Virus record (IMG/VR): IMGVR_UViG_3300032782_000001
Coordinates: 248,001-312,000 of that record
Length of the DNA stretch: 64,000 bases
Direction: 5' to 3' (one strand)
Positions within the stretch are counted from its first letter, which is position 1. Each line of letters starts with the position of its first letter. The notes beneath the pieces were generated by a model, which saw only the letters and a list, made by a program, of their open reading frames with translations, was not told where the DNA came from and made no database searches. Positions 27,201 to 35,686 of this stretch are shown one piece after another. A program made the position numbers and the translations under genes.

Positions 27201-28950
27201 CCACTCCCGACGGCCATTGAACCGTCTGAGGAAGCGCGCTCTTGGTCCCGAATCGGACCCCGTAGAGAGGCCCATTGTTGTTCACAGCTGAAGAGATCGT
27301 GAATTGACCAATCCCACTCGGACCAGGAGTAACTACCTTCAAAGTGAAGGTGTCGTCTCCCAATCGGTTATACCAGAACGTAGCAAACGCCAGGTAATCC
27401 GCAGGAACGGGGTCGCGAAGCGTGAAGGTATTCGTGGAGGAGTCCACTTCGAGCACAGTCACGGCGGGGCGAGAAACCGCGTCCCTAAAATTCTTGCCGA
27501 CGTAGACAGTGACAAGATCCGGACGATTGGTCGGAAGGTCGATACGACCGTTCGTGATCGTCTGATAAAGATCAATTCCGAGTGGCGTGTCACGACCGTT
27601 ACCGGTCGTGGGCGTCAAAGGCATGACGAACTTGGTCGTAGAAACGGTATCCGTTACCGTATCTGTGAACCTGTCACACTCCACACCGAAAATTCGATCA
27701 TCCACCAGCAGACCGACGATCTGAGTCCCATCGAAGCTGGATACTCCAGTCTTCACTCCAGCCGTCACCTGGAACGCAGTTCCCCATTGGATCATCGACT
27801 GGTCGGCATCGTTGACAACAACGAAATCCGGACCATTGAGATAATCGCGGCGCCCCGGAGCAATGCCAACATTGCCCATCGTGACGATGTTGTTGTTGGG
27901 CAGATAGTCGAAAGTATCTTGGAACGTGTTGAAGTAATACTGAATGGTGATCTTTGATCCGTCTTTCGGAGCGAAAGGAAGGGTAACGAGGCGATTGGCA
28001 CCATCCACGGACGTGGCGATCACTTGAAGGTTGTCGACCAGTACGACAACCTTAGAAGTGTCCGTCGTCGTGATACCTCCATCGGAACCATCAACGATAG
28101 GTCCATTGAAGACACGGAACGTCTTGTTGCGATTCGTGTAATCTCCAGGGTTGAACCCGAGAGCTCCATTCCCAGTTCCGGAACCAATAAGTACGTTGCC
28201 AGTAGCAACGAGCTGAACGTGATTCAAACCCTGAGCGTCTACGTGAACAGATGCCTGGAGTCCCGTGATCCCCGCGGCGTTCACATCGTTCGCGATGTCA
28301 GTCGCGGTGCGCGTACCCGCCGTCAGTTTGATAACACCTTGCAAGACATCGTTGACGGTCACATTGAGTTTGTCATTGACATTCAACGTGATGGTGTAAG
28401 TCTCCGCCTTCGGAGCAACGAGTACGGCTACACCTTTCGTGATCTGAGCCGAAAGATTATCCGTGATCCGCGTGTCTTTGCGGTGGAAATTGTAGCTGAC
28501 AAGGACAACATCGGTCGCTTGAGGCGGCACCAGAAGGCTTACGAGACCGTTGGTACCATCGACCGCAGACACGACAGCTTGATCACCGTTTACGGTGACC
28601 GAAACCTTAGTCGTATCGAAAGTCGTCTTGCCAATGCCCGAACCATCTACAATTGGGTAATTACGGACCCTGAATTGAGATCGGGTTCCGTCCTGTTGAC
28701 CCAAAGTAGGATTTTGGGGGGTCCCACTCAAGACCCACCGACCCGTAGCGTCTTCGTTGAAGATCGGCGTGTCAGCAACGCTGCTGGACCCGCGGATGAT
28801 CTCGAAGTCGGTCTGGGTGAGAGTCTCCTGCCCGGTACCAATCAGAACGGGGACCCTCAGTCCACCGAGGAGCTGTCCAAGGACGGGCTCGGTGATGGTC
28901 TGCGTGTAGACGCCGGGAGGCGCGTAGGTCGTGAACGGTCCGATGCCCAT
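24277..28950 (-). CDS. Contractile tail sheath protein with large internal insertions
   Basis: N-terminus FTTYAPPGVYTQT...VPVLIGTG; C-terminus LDPFIGQKF...AMFGRLIDSQIVAKVSGISA...YVPVFPLEYVVSTL, typical sheath ends; 1557 aa. Confidence 0.9.
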   Translation of the reverse strand: MGIGPFTTYAPPGVYTQTITEPVLGQLLGGLRVPVLIGTGQETLTQTDFEIIRGSSSVADTPIFNEDATGRWVLSGTPQNPTLGQQDGTRSQFRVRNYPIVDGSGIGKTTFDTTKVSVTVNGDQAVVSAVDGTNGLVSLLVPPQATDVVLVSYNFHRKDTRITDNLSAQITKGVAVLVAPKAETYTITLNVNDKLNVTVNDVLQGVIKLTAGTRTATDIANDVNAAGITGLQASVHVDAQGLNHVQLVATGNVLIGSGTGNGALGFNPGDYTNRNKTFRVFNGPIVDGSDGGITTTDTSKVVVLVDNLQVIATSVDGANRLVTLPFAPKDGSKITIQYYFNTFQDTFDYLPNNNIVTMGNVGIAPGRRDYLNGPDFVVVNDADQSMIQWGTAFQVTAGVKTGVSSFDGTQIVGLLVDDRIFGVECDRFTDTVTDTVSTTKFVMPLTPTTGNGRDTPLGIDLYQTITNGRIDLPTNRPDLVTVYVGKNFRDAVSRPAVTVLEVDSSTNTFTLRDPVPADYLAFATFWYNRLGDDTFTLKVVTPGPSGIGQFTISSAVNNNGPLYGVRFGTKSALPQTVQWPSGVENVTDAIHFGGNPVSETVTIAFSNALEPATHASFSNAGAEPYDVYLATKNFGGVVVDGNPAFTVDLSLAYVAQLLSQPISNPGALVFQATDHLVIQVDGVNIAPIDVSAATTLAQVATDINTAIDADVQVHPDGSGTFASTAPNNLASVVTYGVQSILKVVGRNVLSATNGLKSNVKVLSPTAPGQTDAAPALGFTPNQESTGSYNAINQPAIQVGTKTAPFAITAAVNDNFQFTIDGTDYVAILPAGVSVSIEDVVAYINAGYSANAPAADQATQTAALVVLANNIKSEYNTHIASAVFHTVADVANGITSPNATDLASSITLLNEAKGDYNNHRTNVGGAYHPMTDTVNVVAAPDATDLRSALILAEELKSKYNSHRTQAGVHVVNDTVNIVTSVLAELVAQEGLGINAGEVVMVSRTNTVTSLVRINQGSANTILGFTSGNATFRHQPFASDIAGALNANGSFNALAVAYRITSAGIGGYLEINSRTAGTGSLLSFTSVANTIFVTDTGIGIVPGASGDAGEAARAGYTVTSTNPNGSFGVGFPGQTYTDAITGLRFTVLPASAGDYANGGTFTLIVNSTFTADASIPYRSIPGLETTVFNTLNMGIDTTGIVQTFGRSGNEPQIGDIYYVSYNFAKTDLSAALYRDAKSIQAAFGPPTPEFPLSLGARLALLNGAVLVGLKQVLKVPGTSQASVGSFTAAIDELRKPIQGNVKPDIITPLGTDPAIFAYLNQHCVVMSSPRQEGERMGVVGVAAGTNPLAAQAIAQGLASELMVVVYPDSYLIGVQDSLGNISNQLVDGSYVAASLAATTCTPSIDVASPWTRRPVLGFVRPGRLLDPTEANQVAVSGVSVIELVDSGLRVRHGLTTRTDTVITRTPSVTLTIQFVQQSVRTTLDPFIGQKFTGTLIKTTERALTAMFGRLIDSQIVAKVSGISAAVDDSDPTIMRTNSIYVPVFPLEYVVSTLQIRISA

Positions 28951-29141
28951 CTTGACTCCTATGGTCCAAGCAGAAGTCTAAATATGTGTTTGCGACCCCT
29001 AGGGGTAGAATCCGCAGTCTCTGTATACGTATGAGTCTGAATTTTGGGCTCTGTCTGCTGGAAACCATAGGGAGCCTATGCGAGATGTAAAACTGGATCC
29101 CATTCTTTCTAGAATTGGGATTTAAAGAAAGGCGATAGAAA

Positions 29142-29507
29142 GTGAATACTTCCGAAACCAATCCGAACGATGGTGGCGCGTTGACCGAAGTTGACTACAA
29201 CACTTTCACCAAAGTTGACATGCGCGTCGGCACCGTGAAATCGGCAGTCAGAGTCCCTGATACCGACAAGCTCATTTGTATGCAAGTGAGCTTCGGTAGC
29301 TTTGATCGTCAAATTGTGGCTGGAATCGGCAAAGTTTTCACGCCAGAAAGTCTCTCTGGGCGTCAGTTCATCTTTGTCGTGAATTTGGCTCCTCGGAAAC
29401 TTCGAGGAGTGGAATCCCACGGGATGATGCTTGCTGCGAGTGACAAAGATAAACTCGCGCTTATTGTGCCAGACAGTAATGCTACGGACGGAGCCTCGGT
29501 AGGCTAG
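29142..29507 (+). CDS. Stand-alone tRNA-binding OB-fold protein (Trbp111/CsaA/MetRS C-terminal family)
   Basis: FTKVDMRVGTV, DKLICMQVSFG..RQIVAGI, VVNLAPRKLRGVESHGMMLAA. Confidence 0.9.
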   Translation: MNTSETNPNDGGALTEVDYNTFTKVDMRVGTVKSAVRVPDTDKLICMQVSFGSFDRQIVAGIGKVFTPESLSGRQFIFVVNLAPRKLRGVESHGMMLAASDKDKLALIVPDSNATDGASVG

Positions 29508-29935
29508 CGAGGACGCTTAGCCCAAGTCTTTAGGCCCGTTTCCCGGGCCTTCATGACTCCCGGATCCGCAGGACCCGTAGTTCCACCGGCAGTAGAAATC
29601 ACATTCGTGCCTGCCTTCTTGCGAATCTCATCACGGGCTTTCTTCCGTTTCCCATATTCGACCCATTTCTTCTCAGCAGATCGACCAATAGCTTTATCCA
29701 ACGTTGGATAATCAAGGTCATGAGAGCCAGACTGACCGTGAACCCCACTGCCTTGAGTCTGACCAGAAGGACCTTTGAAAGAAAAATTGGTAAGGGAGAT
29801 CTCTACTCGCTTGGCCATGGTCCGGCATTTTGGACATGGATGCTGCTTCGAAAATTGTTTGACATCATCCGGGTCCAAAAGAATCTCTTCAAAAAGAGAT
29901 TCACATGGCTCACAATGGTATTCAAACGTCGGCAT
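29504..29935 (-). CDS. FmdB-like zinc-ribbon protein
   Basis: MPTFEYHCEPCESLFE...CPKC. Start placed at ATG 29935. Confidence 0.75.
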   Translation of the reverse strand: MPTFEYHCEPCESLFEEILLDPDDVKQFSKQHPCPKCRTMAKRVEISLTNFSFKGPSGQTQGSGVHGQSGSHDLDYPTLDKAIGRSAEKKWVEYGKRKKARDEIRKKAGTNVISTAGGTTGPADPGVMKARETGLKTWAKRPR

Positions 29936-29964
29936 AGAAAACATTACCAGAATGTTGAAATCAA

Positions 29965-31173
29965 TTATCGAATACGGGCATACCCAATCTTGTTACCAAT
30001 AACTGTTGAAACTCCTGCCATATCCACAGGAGTCCCTGTCTTGAGAAGATCGGAGAGAACTGTTCCGTCCAAATACCCGGCTTGTTGCTCTTCCGTTTGA
30101 GAAGTCGTTTCGACTCGGAAAATTTCAATCGGAAGCGCGATGCGAGTTTCCCAATCCACACGCATAGATAGAGCTACGGAACTCTCGTAATAATATGCAT
30201 CCTCATCTTGATTGTAAACCTCTTCGTTTTCTCCGCCAGGAGAAATATCAAGGAGTTCAAGACCTTCAAATCCGAGTTTATTCTGCCTTTCAAGAATTTT
30301 CGCTATCATATAATCAGAAAGCTTCTCACGATCTTCAGAATCACGTGAGAAGACCACGAGTTCGAAATGAATTTCGAACTTTCCGCCAAAGATTTCGGCG
30401 ACCTCAGTGCGATCTGCAGTAATCGCGATGGCCATTTGATCGCCGTTTTGAGCTCTGTCGCCAAATGCTAAAACTACGCCTGGAATTGCAGTCTCGTTAG
30501 ATTCCTCGAGGAAGAATGGGAAGGGACCCTGTTCCCCCGTCTCATATCGATAATCTGCGTAAATAGTTAACCCAGTAGGAGGATTTTTGAGAAAAGTGAT
30601 GGCTCCCGTGGCGTCATCAACATGGTAGTCTACATTAACGAGGAGAGGATGAGTACCTTCTAGCCAGAGTCTTACAGAGCCAGGGTATATATTCTCTCGC
30701 GACAATTGAGACTCTATGTCACCGGGACCCGAAAACACAATCAGTGGTTCATCAGTCACGGTAAGGATCGGCCTTACCGTGAATTGACCCGGGACGCTCC
30801 GAGCTTCATTCGGGACTTGACATACTTTTATGATGTAAACGCCAGGAGGACTGGGAAAAATATCCCGCTTTTTGGAATACTGTTCTAAAAGAGCATAATT
30901 CTCTCGAATCCATTCCAAAGTAGTATTTGGGAAATTCTGAACAGGAGCCAGCATGCAAAAAGAACTATCCCGACCCATATAGTTGTCGGCTGACAGTCTT
31001 ACGCGATCACCAGATGTGGCATTAACGAAAATGCCACGTTGCGGGCGTGACTCGAATGAATATTTATTGTAGACGTTTTCGGAATCCCCGCGATAACGGG
31101 GATGCTCATAAAGGATTTTCCGGAGTTCCCGGATAATCCTCTTCTTCGTCGGATTCGTGATCCAGGTGATCAC
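29965..31173 (-). CDS. Tail completion/terminator-like structural protein
   Basis: 402 aa upstream of sheath; FELVVFSRDSEDREKLSDY pattern; carries an Ig-like insert. Confidence 0.45.
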   Translation of the reverse strand: MITWITNPTKKRIIRELRKILYEHPRYRGDSENVYNKYSFESRPQRGIFVNATSGDRVRLSADNYMGRDSSFCMLAPVQNFPNTTLEWIRENYALLEQYSKKRDIFPSPPGVYIIKVCQVPNEARSVPGQFTVRPILTVTDEPLIVFSGPGDIESQLSRENIYPGSVRLWLEGTHPLLVNVDYHVDDATGAITFLKNPPTGLTIYADYRYETGEQGPFPFFLEESNETAIPGVVLAFGDRAQNGDQMAIAITADRTEVAEIFGGKFEIHFELVVFSRDSEDREKLSDYMIAKILERQNKLGFEGLELLDISPGGENEEVYNQDEDAYYYESSVALSMRVDWETRIALPIEIFRVETTSQTEEQQAGYLDGTVLSDLLKTGTPVDMAGVSTVIGNKIGYARIR

Positions 31174-31207
31174 GGCCGGTCCTTCCAGTCACGGTTAGAC
31201 TCGAAAG

Positions 31208-31540
31208 TCACGAACCGCGACGACTACGACGGGACTTCTTGGGCTCCATTCCCACGTCAGTCGAGCTGGATGACTCGCCAGACTCCATAGACGGAGCATC
31301 ATCAGACGATGAATCATCAAGAGGAGCATCTCCTTCAGAAGGAGGATCCTCTACTTGAGGCTCTCCGTCAGGGACAACGGGCAAATCTTCCGGATCTGCA
31401 TACAACACCACATCCAATGAGTGCTGCGCGTTGTGGAGAACAACATCCTCCTCGGTCAGGACGATGTGAGGAACTTCGACTCCCTTATAGTTCGGCATTT
31501 GGCACCTACCGATCGGTGAATCGGAAAAAAGGTCGCTCAC
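31208..31540 (-). CDS. Small acidic hypothetical protein
   Basis: Asp/Glu/Ser-rich with a basic C-terminus; ATGA overlap with the actin-like gene. Confidence 0.5.
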   Translation of the reverse strand: MSDLFSDSPIGRCQMPNYKGVEVPHIVLTEEDVVLHNAQHSLDVVLYADPEDLPVVPDGEPQVEDPPSEGDAPLDDSSSDDAPSMESGESSSSTDVGMEPKKSRRSRRGS

Positions 31541-32586
31541 TCTTCAGACTGACTCAGTAGCAAAAGTCCAGTCGCGACGGCCGTCATAGGGTCTTTAGCG
31601 GCCCTGATTTCTGAAATTTGGATGGGAAACTTAGCACGATGAATTTCAAACCGTTCTTTGAACTTATCAAGAAATCCGGAAGCCAAAGAAGTTCCTCCAC
31701 TGACTACGAGAGGTACAGGCTTCGGGACCAGAAGCTCTTGACGAGCTTTTGAAAATTGTTGGATGATGGTATCAATGGAATAGTCAATGAGCGCTTGAAT
31801 AAATAACGCAATGGCTTCACCTTCAAGAGAACTCGATTTTTTACTAATGTCAATCCCACTTTCTTTAATGGAACAAATTTTGGCGGCTGTCGTACTGACA
31901 GCTTTGGCAGCTCCGGAGTCTACCCAATCTCCTCCGCGTCCTACGGAAAATTCCAGAGCGCTCATAGCATTGTAACTAAGACAAACGTTAGTCATGCCGG
32001 AGCCATACGAAATGCCGAGACCTGAAAAATTCTCTTTGGAACATTCCGAGAACACGATGGCCTGAGCCTCATTGGCAGGTTCAGCAGTAAATCCAAGTTC
32101 TGTCAAAATCTTCTTGAGAATAGCAGAGTGGTAAGTAACATCTGAACCTTGCACGTCAACAGCTGGAGCTGGCACTGAATAGACACATTTTTCACCGGAC
32201 TTACGAGGAGCACCCAAAATTCTCTTGATCATCAGAGCGATGACTTTTTGCGCATCCACCTCACCGGGGGTGATCACACCACCAGACATTGGACGACGAG
32301 CTTCTCGATTAAATAAATTCGCCGTCTCTAAGGCTTCATCCCCAATGATCAAAAGTTTCCCATCAAGCTCGACATGACTCGTGCCTGACAGTTTCAACAT
32401 TCGCATATTTCGGTTATCAAGAGGTAAATCGATGAAGGCATCCCTGATTCTAGTAGTTTTGACAGTCTTCCCATTTTGACGGGCAGACACAAAGTTCATA
32501 GTACCGGCATCAAGTGACGCTCCTGCGACAGCGGTATCATCGATGTCGTCAAGGTCAACACTAAACTTGGTCTCATTCTTCGCCAT
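31537..32586 (-). CDS. Actin-fold ATPase (MreB/ParM/FtsA-like superfamily)
   Basis: Phosphate-1 SLDAGTMNF, connect-1 ANEAQAIVF, phosphate-2 ISYGSGMTNV, adenosine VVSGGTSL, connect-2 DPMTAVATGL. Confidence 0.85.
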   Translation of the reverse strand: MAKNETKFSVDLDDIDDTAVAGASLDAGTMNFVSARQNGKTVKTTRIRDAFIDLPLDNRNMRMLKLSGTSHVELDGKLLIIGDEALETANLFNREARRPMSGGVITPGEVDAQKVIALMIKRILGAPRKSGEKCVYSVPAPAVDVQGSDVTYHSAILKKILTELGFTAEPANEAQAIVFSECSKENFSGLGISYGSGMTNVCLSYNAMSALEFSVGRGGDWVDSGAAKAVSTTAAKICSIKESGIDISKKSSSLEGEAIALFIQALIDYSIDTIIQQFSKARQELLVPKPVPLVVSGGTSLASGFLDKFKERFEIHRAKFPIQISEIRAAKDPMTAVATGLLLLSQSEE

Positions 32587-32631
32587 GGGAGTCTCCGTCT
32601 GGATACGCGGTATAGGATACCATACCCAATA

Positions 32632-33144
32632 TCACTTTTGCCGGAGACGACGCAGGACCTTTTTGCTCGAATCCATATCTGACTTATCTACTTCACTTTC
32701 TCGAACCTTCATACGAATTTCTTGAGTAGTTGGCATAATCCGGTCGGGGATGAACATGGGGTCCGATGAACCGGAATCGATGGACGCAGAATAATCTGGA
32801 GTCGTTACCTTGGGTTGGATATTCATATGGCGTAAAAGTAATAGGATTTCTTTCTGGGATTGATTGATTTCATCCAATCTTCGGGAGAATTCTGTATTCT
32901 CCACAGGATTCGAAGCAGATAGGGATTGGACTGGGGAATCTTTAATGAATGGCCAGATAGGCATCGGGCGGGATTCCGGAATGTTTTCCACTCGTACTAG
33001 TTTGACCATTTCTTTGAGATTTTTAGAAGCAGTTGCAGAATCAGCATTCACAACAGCTTGACTGCCTCGACCAGGAAGATGAACACCCAAATCTTCGATA
33101 CTCAGATCAATAGAAGTTAGATTGGTTAAACGACAAAGTTTCAT
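32632..33144 (-). CDS. Hypothetical protein
   Basis: 170 aa in operon; ATGA overlap. Confidence 0.6.
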   Translation of the reverse strand: MKLCRLTNLTSIDLSIEDLGVHLPGRGSQAVVNADSATASKNLKEMVKLVRVENIPESRPMPIWPFIKDSPVQSLSASNPVENTEFSRRLDEINQSQKEILLLLRHMNIQPKVTTPDYSASIDSGSSDPMFIPDRIMPTTQEIRMKVRESEVDKSDMDSSKKVLRRLRQK

Positions 33145-33794
33145 TTTACGTACCTAGCCATGACTTTTTCCAATTCCGGGGAGAACTTTTCTTGAATGGT
33201 GTAAGTAAGCTTGTCCATGAATTGTGCAATTAATCCTTGTAATTTCCCTTTCGGGTAATGAATCTCTGAAGTTCCTTCTCTAAGACTCTTCCGGAACATG
33301 ACAGAAAGTTTCCCTTCTCGGTTCACGTTCATGGACCTTGGCATGTGTTGAGCCATCTCATGACCGATAATTCTTTGTCCGGCCATACGACGTGCATCAC
33401 GTGTTGGACGACGGGCGTCACGCGTTGGAGTCCTCCTATCGAAAGCCTCTTTCCGAGCATCTCTGGGACCTATTAGCCTCTGGACCCCATTGATACCTAT
33501 CCCATAAGTTCGAGCGGCTTCAGAAACGGCCCCGGGTTTAGCCGATTCCACCATTTCTTGAACTTGTTTATCGCGCATCTCCAATGCTGAAAAATTGATC
33601 AAAAGTTCAAATGTGATTTCATTACCATCTACGTGGGCCAATAAATCGTAGTCCTTCAAATATTCAGACCTTCCGAATCCGGCGGCATCAATTATTCCTT
33701 TGAAGACATGTAGACCATCCTTTGCGATCTCATCCGAGAGACCGTCAGTTGCCCTTTGCAAAGCAACGTGAAACTGAGTTGTGAAGTCATCCAT
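33141..33794 (-). CDS. Hypothetical protein (possible neck/tail-completion)
   Basis: 217 aa; contains a short TRDARR repeat. Confidence 0.55.
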   Translation of the reverse strand: MDDFTTQFHVALQRATDGLSDEIAKDGLHVFKGIIDAAGFGRSEYLKDYDLLAHVDGNEITFELLINFSALEMRDKQVQEMVESAKPGAVSEAARTYGIGINGVQRLIGPRDARKEAFDRRTPTRDARRPTRDARRMAGQRIIGHEMAQHMPRSMNVNREGKLSVMFRKSLREGTSEIHYPKGKLQGLIAQFMDKLTYTIQEKFSPELEKVMARYVK

Positions 33795-34010
33795 TCAGCT
33801 CCCCATAACTTCATAGATGATTTCTTCTTCAGGAGATAACCACTGAAGACGTATATTCCAAAAAGGAACTGCCGGACGATTACCGCGTTTTCGTTTTTCT
33901 TTCCAACTGACGGGTACGCATTCTTGGACGACCCAAATCTGATCCCCTTGGATTCGAAAAACAGTCCCCGGTTCATGGTATCGGGTCGCGTCTCTCTGAA
34001 CCATGATCAT
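33795..34010 (-). CDS. Small protein with VMGS tag inserted among neck genes
   Basis: ATG 34010 lies 4 nt after the upstream stop; ends EEEIIYEVMGS*. Confidence 0.65.
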   Translation of the reverse strand: MIMVQRDATRYHEPGTVFRIQGDQIWVVQECVPVSWKEKRKRGNRPAVPFWNIRLQWLSPEEEIIYEVMGS

Positions 34011-34014
34011 GAAA

Positions 34015-35346
34015 TTAGGAACGTCTGTTTGCATTTTCGTAGGACACTGTAGTGCCTCGGATTTCACGTTCATCCGGAATCGAAGCAGCTTCAGTAACCA
34101 TCGGAGTAGCATTACCCTTGCCTGGAATTGTATATCGCGTCTGAGGGGCTACCAGTACAGAAGTATCAAGAACTGGAACTTGATATCGAATATCTGACTC
34201 ATCAAACTTGGACACATTGAAGAACTGTGCGAGTTGCATGCCACGGTTACTGGGCATCCGAACTGGTCCAACAGCATATCTGTCGCCGTTGAGTTTTACA
34301 ATGAAATCTCGCTGAGAAATAAGAGGGCTCGGTAAAGCCCAAACTTCATATGAATGTTCAACCGTACGACCACGAGCACTTTGAGCAATAGACTTAGCGG
34401 CATCATCTGGAGAGATATCGATGTCATACGGACCATCATACCCACCGATTATTCCTGTGCCATAACAAACAAGACAATCTGCACTAGGTTGTCGGTGCAG
34501 ACTGGAATAACATCCACACTTTGGTCCTGCGGCCCGGCGGATCATTAATTTGACTCTCTCGCCGCCTTGTTCCAACATCCAACGTTGGCGGCGAATAGCT
34601 TCACGCCAAATGTAATCGAGCTTCTCAATTTCAAAATTATTCGCTATGGCGGCATCTTCTAAACGTGTTTCGAGAAGCTGGCCACTATCCGCATCATAAG
34701 CTACGGTTGTGATACGATAGAAAATGCGTTGAGCAAGAGTAGTAGGAACTTGATTTGACAAGTACCTGTACGTAGCCAAAACGATGGAGTTAGGGTCTTT
34801 TGGTAAAACAGCATTCGTTTGAATTTGACTAGCTACATCAAACGTAGGCTCGCGACGAAGTTCCACTTCCCCTCTAGTCGCGTTTATGGATTCAACAAAC
34901 GCAGGAACCCCATCAACGGTTACTTGAACATTCAAATTTGTAATATTGGCAGATCCGGGAGAAGGATATATGACGATCGGATTATATCGAGTCCGAAACT
35001 CGTAACGTCCGTCTCCGTCTGAGCTAGGTCCACGAAAGAAAAAATTTTTAGAAACATCTTCCTGGAGAGCTAGGACAGTCCTCGTACTATCACGCCAATA
35101 AGCTGCGCCTACGGGGACAGTATTAAGACGCTCATATGGGCCGTACTCGGAGTCAAAACTCCTGTAAATATTGACCCCTAAAAGATCGAATCGAGAATTC
35201 GCTTGTAATTCTCCCGGCAGGGTCCAGCGAATGTCGAACGTCTCTTTTAGAAAACCTGAAGATACGAATATATTCAGTGGGGGTAGAGGTAAAGCAGGTG
35301 AATCCTGCTCCAGAATCCCAATTTTCCTGTCCGGCGGGAAAGGCAT
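34015..35346 (-). CDS. Head-closure/neck-like structural protein with FnIII/Ig-like N-terminus and Cys cluster
   Basis: 443 aa; CGC...CLVCYGTGIIGGY, then beta-rich DFIVKLNGDRYAV head-closure-like region. Positional inference. Confidence 0.5.
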   Translation of the reverse strand: MPFPPDRKIGILEQDSPALPLPPLNIFVSSGFLKETFDIRWTLPGELQANSRFDLLGVNIYRSFDSEYGPYERLNTVPVGAAYWRDSTRTVLALQEDVSKNFFFRGPSSDGDGRYEFRTRYNPIVIYPSPGSANITNLNVQVTVDGVPAFVESINATRGEVELRREPTFDVASQIQTNAVLPKDPNSIVLATYRYLSNQVPTTLAQRIFYRITTVAYDADSGQLLETRLEDAAIANNFEIEKLDYIWREAIRRQRWMLEQGGERVKLMIRRAAGPKCGCYSSLHRQPSADCLVCYGTGIIGGYDGPYDIDISPDDAAKSIAQSARGRTVEHSYEVWALPSPLISQRDFIVKLNGDRYAVGPVRMPSNRGMQLAQFFNVSKFDESDIRYQVPVLDTSVLVAPQTRYTIPGKGNATPMVTEAASIPDEREIRGTTVSYENANRRS

Positions 35347-35365
35347 ATCCTACCGGATTGTCTAA

Positions 35366-35677
35366 TTAAGAGCCGGTGGGAGGTTGAACAGGAACGTTAT
35401 GCTGAGCAGAAGGAACAGGTTTCAAAATCACAGTAATTTGCGAACCATCTGGTGAAATCATCAGTTTGCCTACAGTTTCCGGTTCTACCCCAGCATCTTT
35501 CAAGATTTTGGCGAACACGGCTTGCTGATGGACATACAAAGTTTGGAGTCCTGATTCTACTTCTCGGTAATGCAACAAGGCCTTACCAAGTGAAACGGAC
35601 TGATTGGCGATAGAAGCACCGGCTTGATTGAGCTCATCCCGGTTGCTTTGTGAAATTTCGAAGGTCTTGGTCTCCAT
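35366..35677 (-). CDS. Hypothetical protein
   Basis: 103 aa in operon. Confidence 0.55.
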   Translation of the reverse strand: METKTFEISQSNRDELNQAGASIANQSVSLGKALLHYREVESGLQTLYVHQQAVFAKILKDAGVEPETVGKLMISPDGSQITVILKPVPSAQHNVPVQPPTGS

Positions 35678-35686
35678 CGAGGAACT

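Noticed and set aside
24347-29034. Long plus-strand ORFs opposite the sheath (e.g. 28024..29034, 26503..27291)
   Set aside because: Antisense shadows of a strongly codon-biased gene; Arg/Ser-rich with no motifs.
33385-33440. TRDARR degenerate repeat in the 33141 gene
   Set aside because: Only two to three short copies; ordinary low-complexity expansion.
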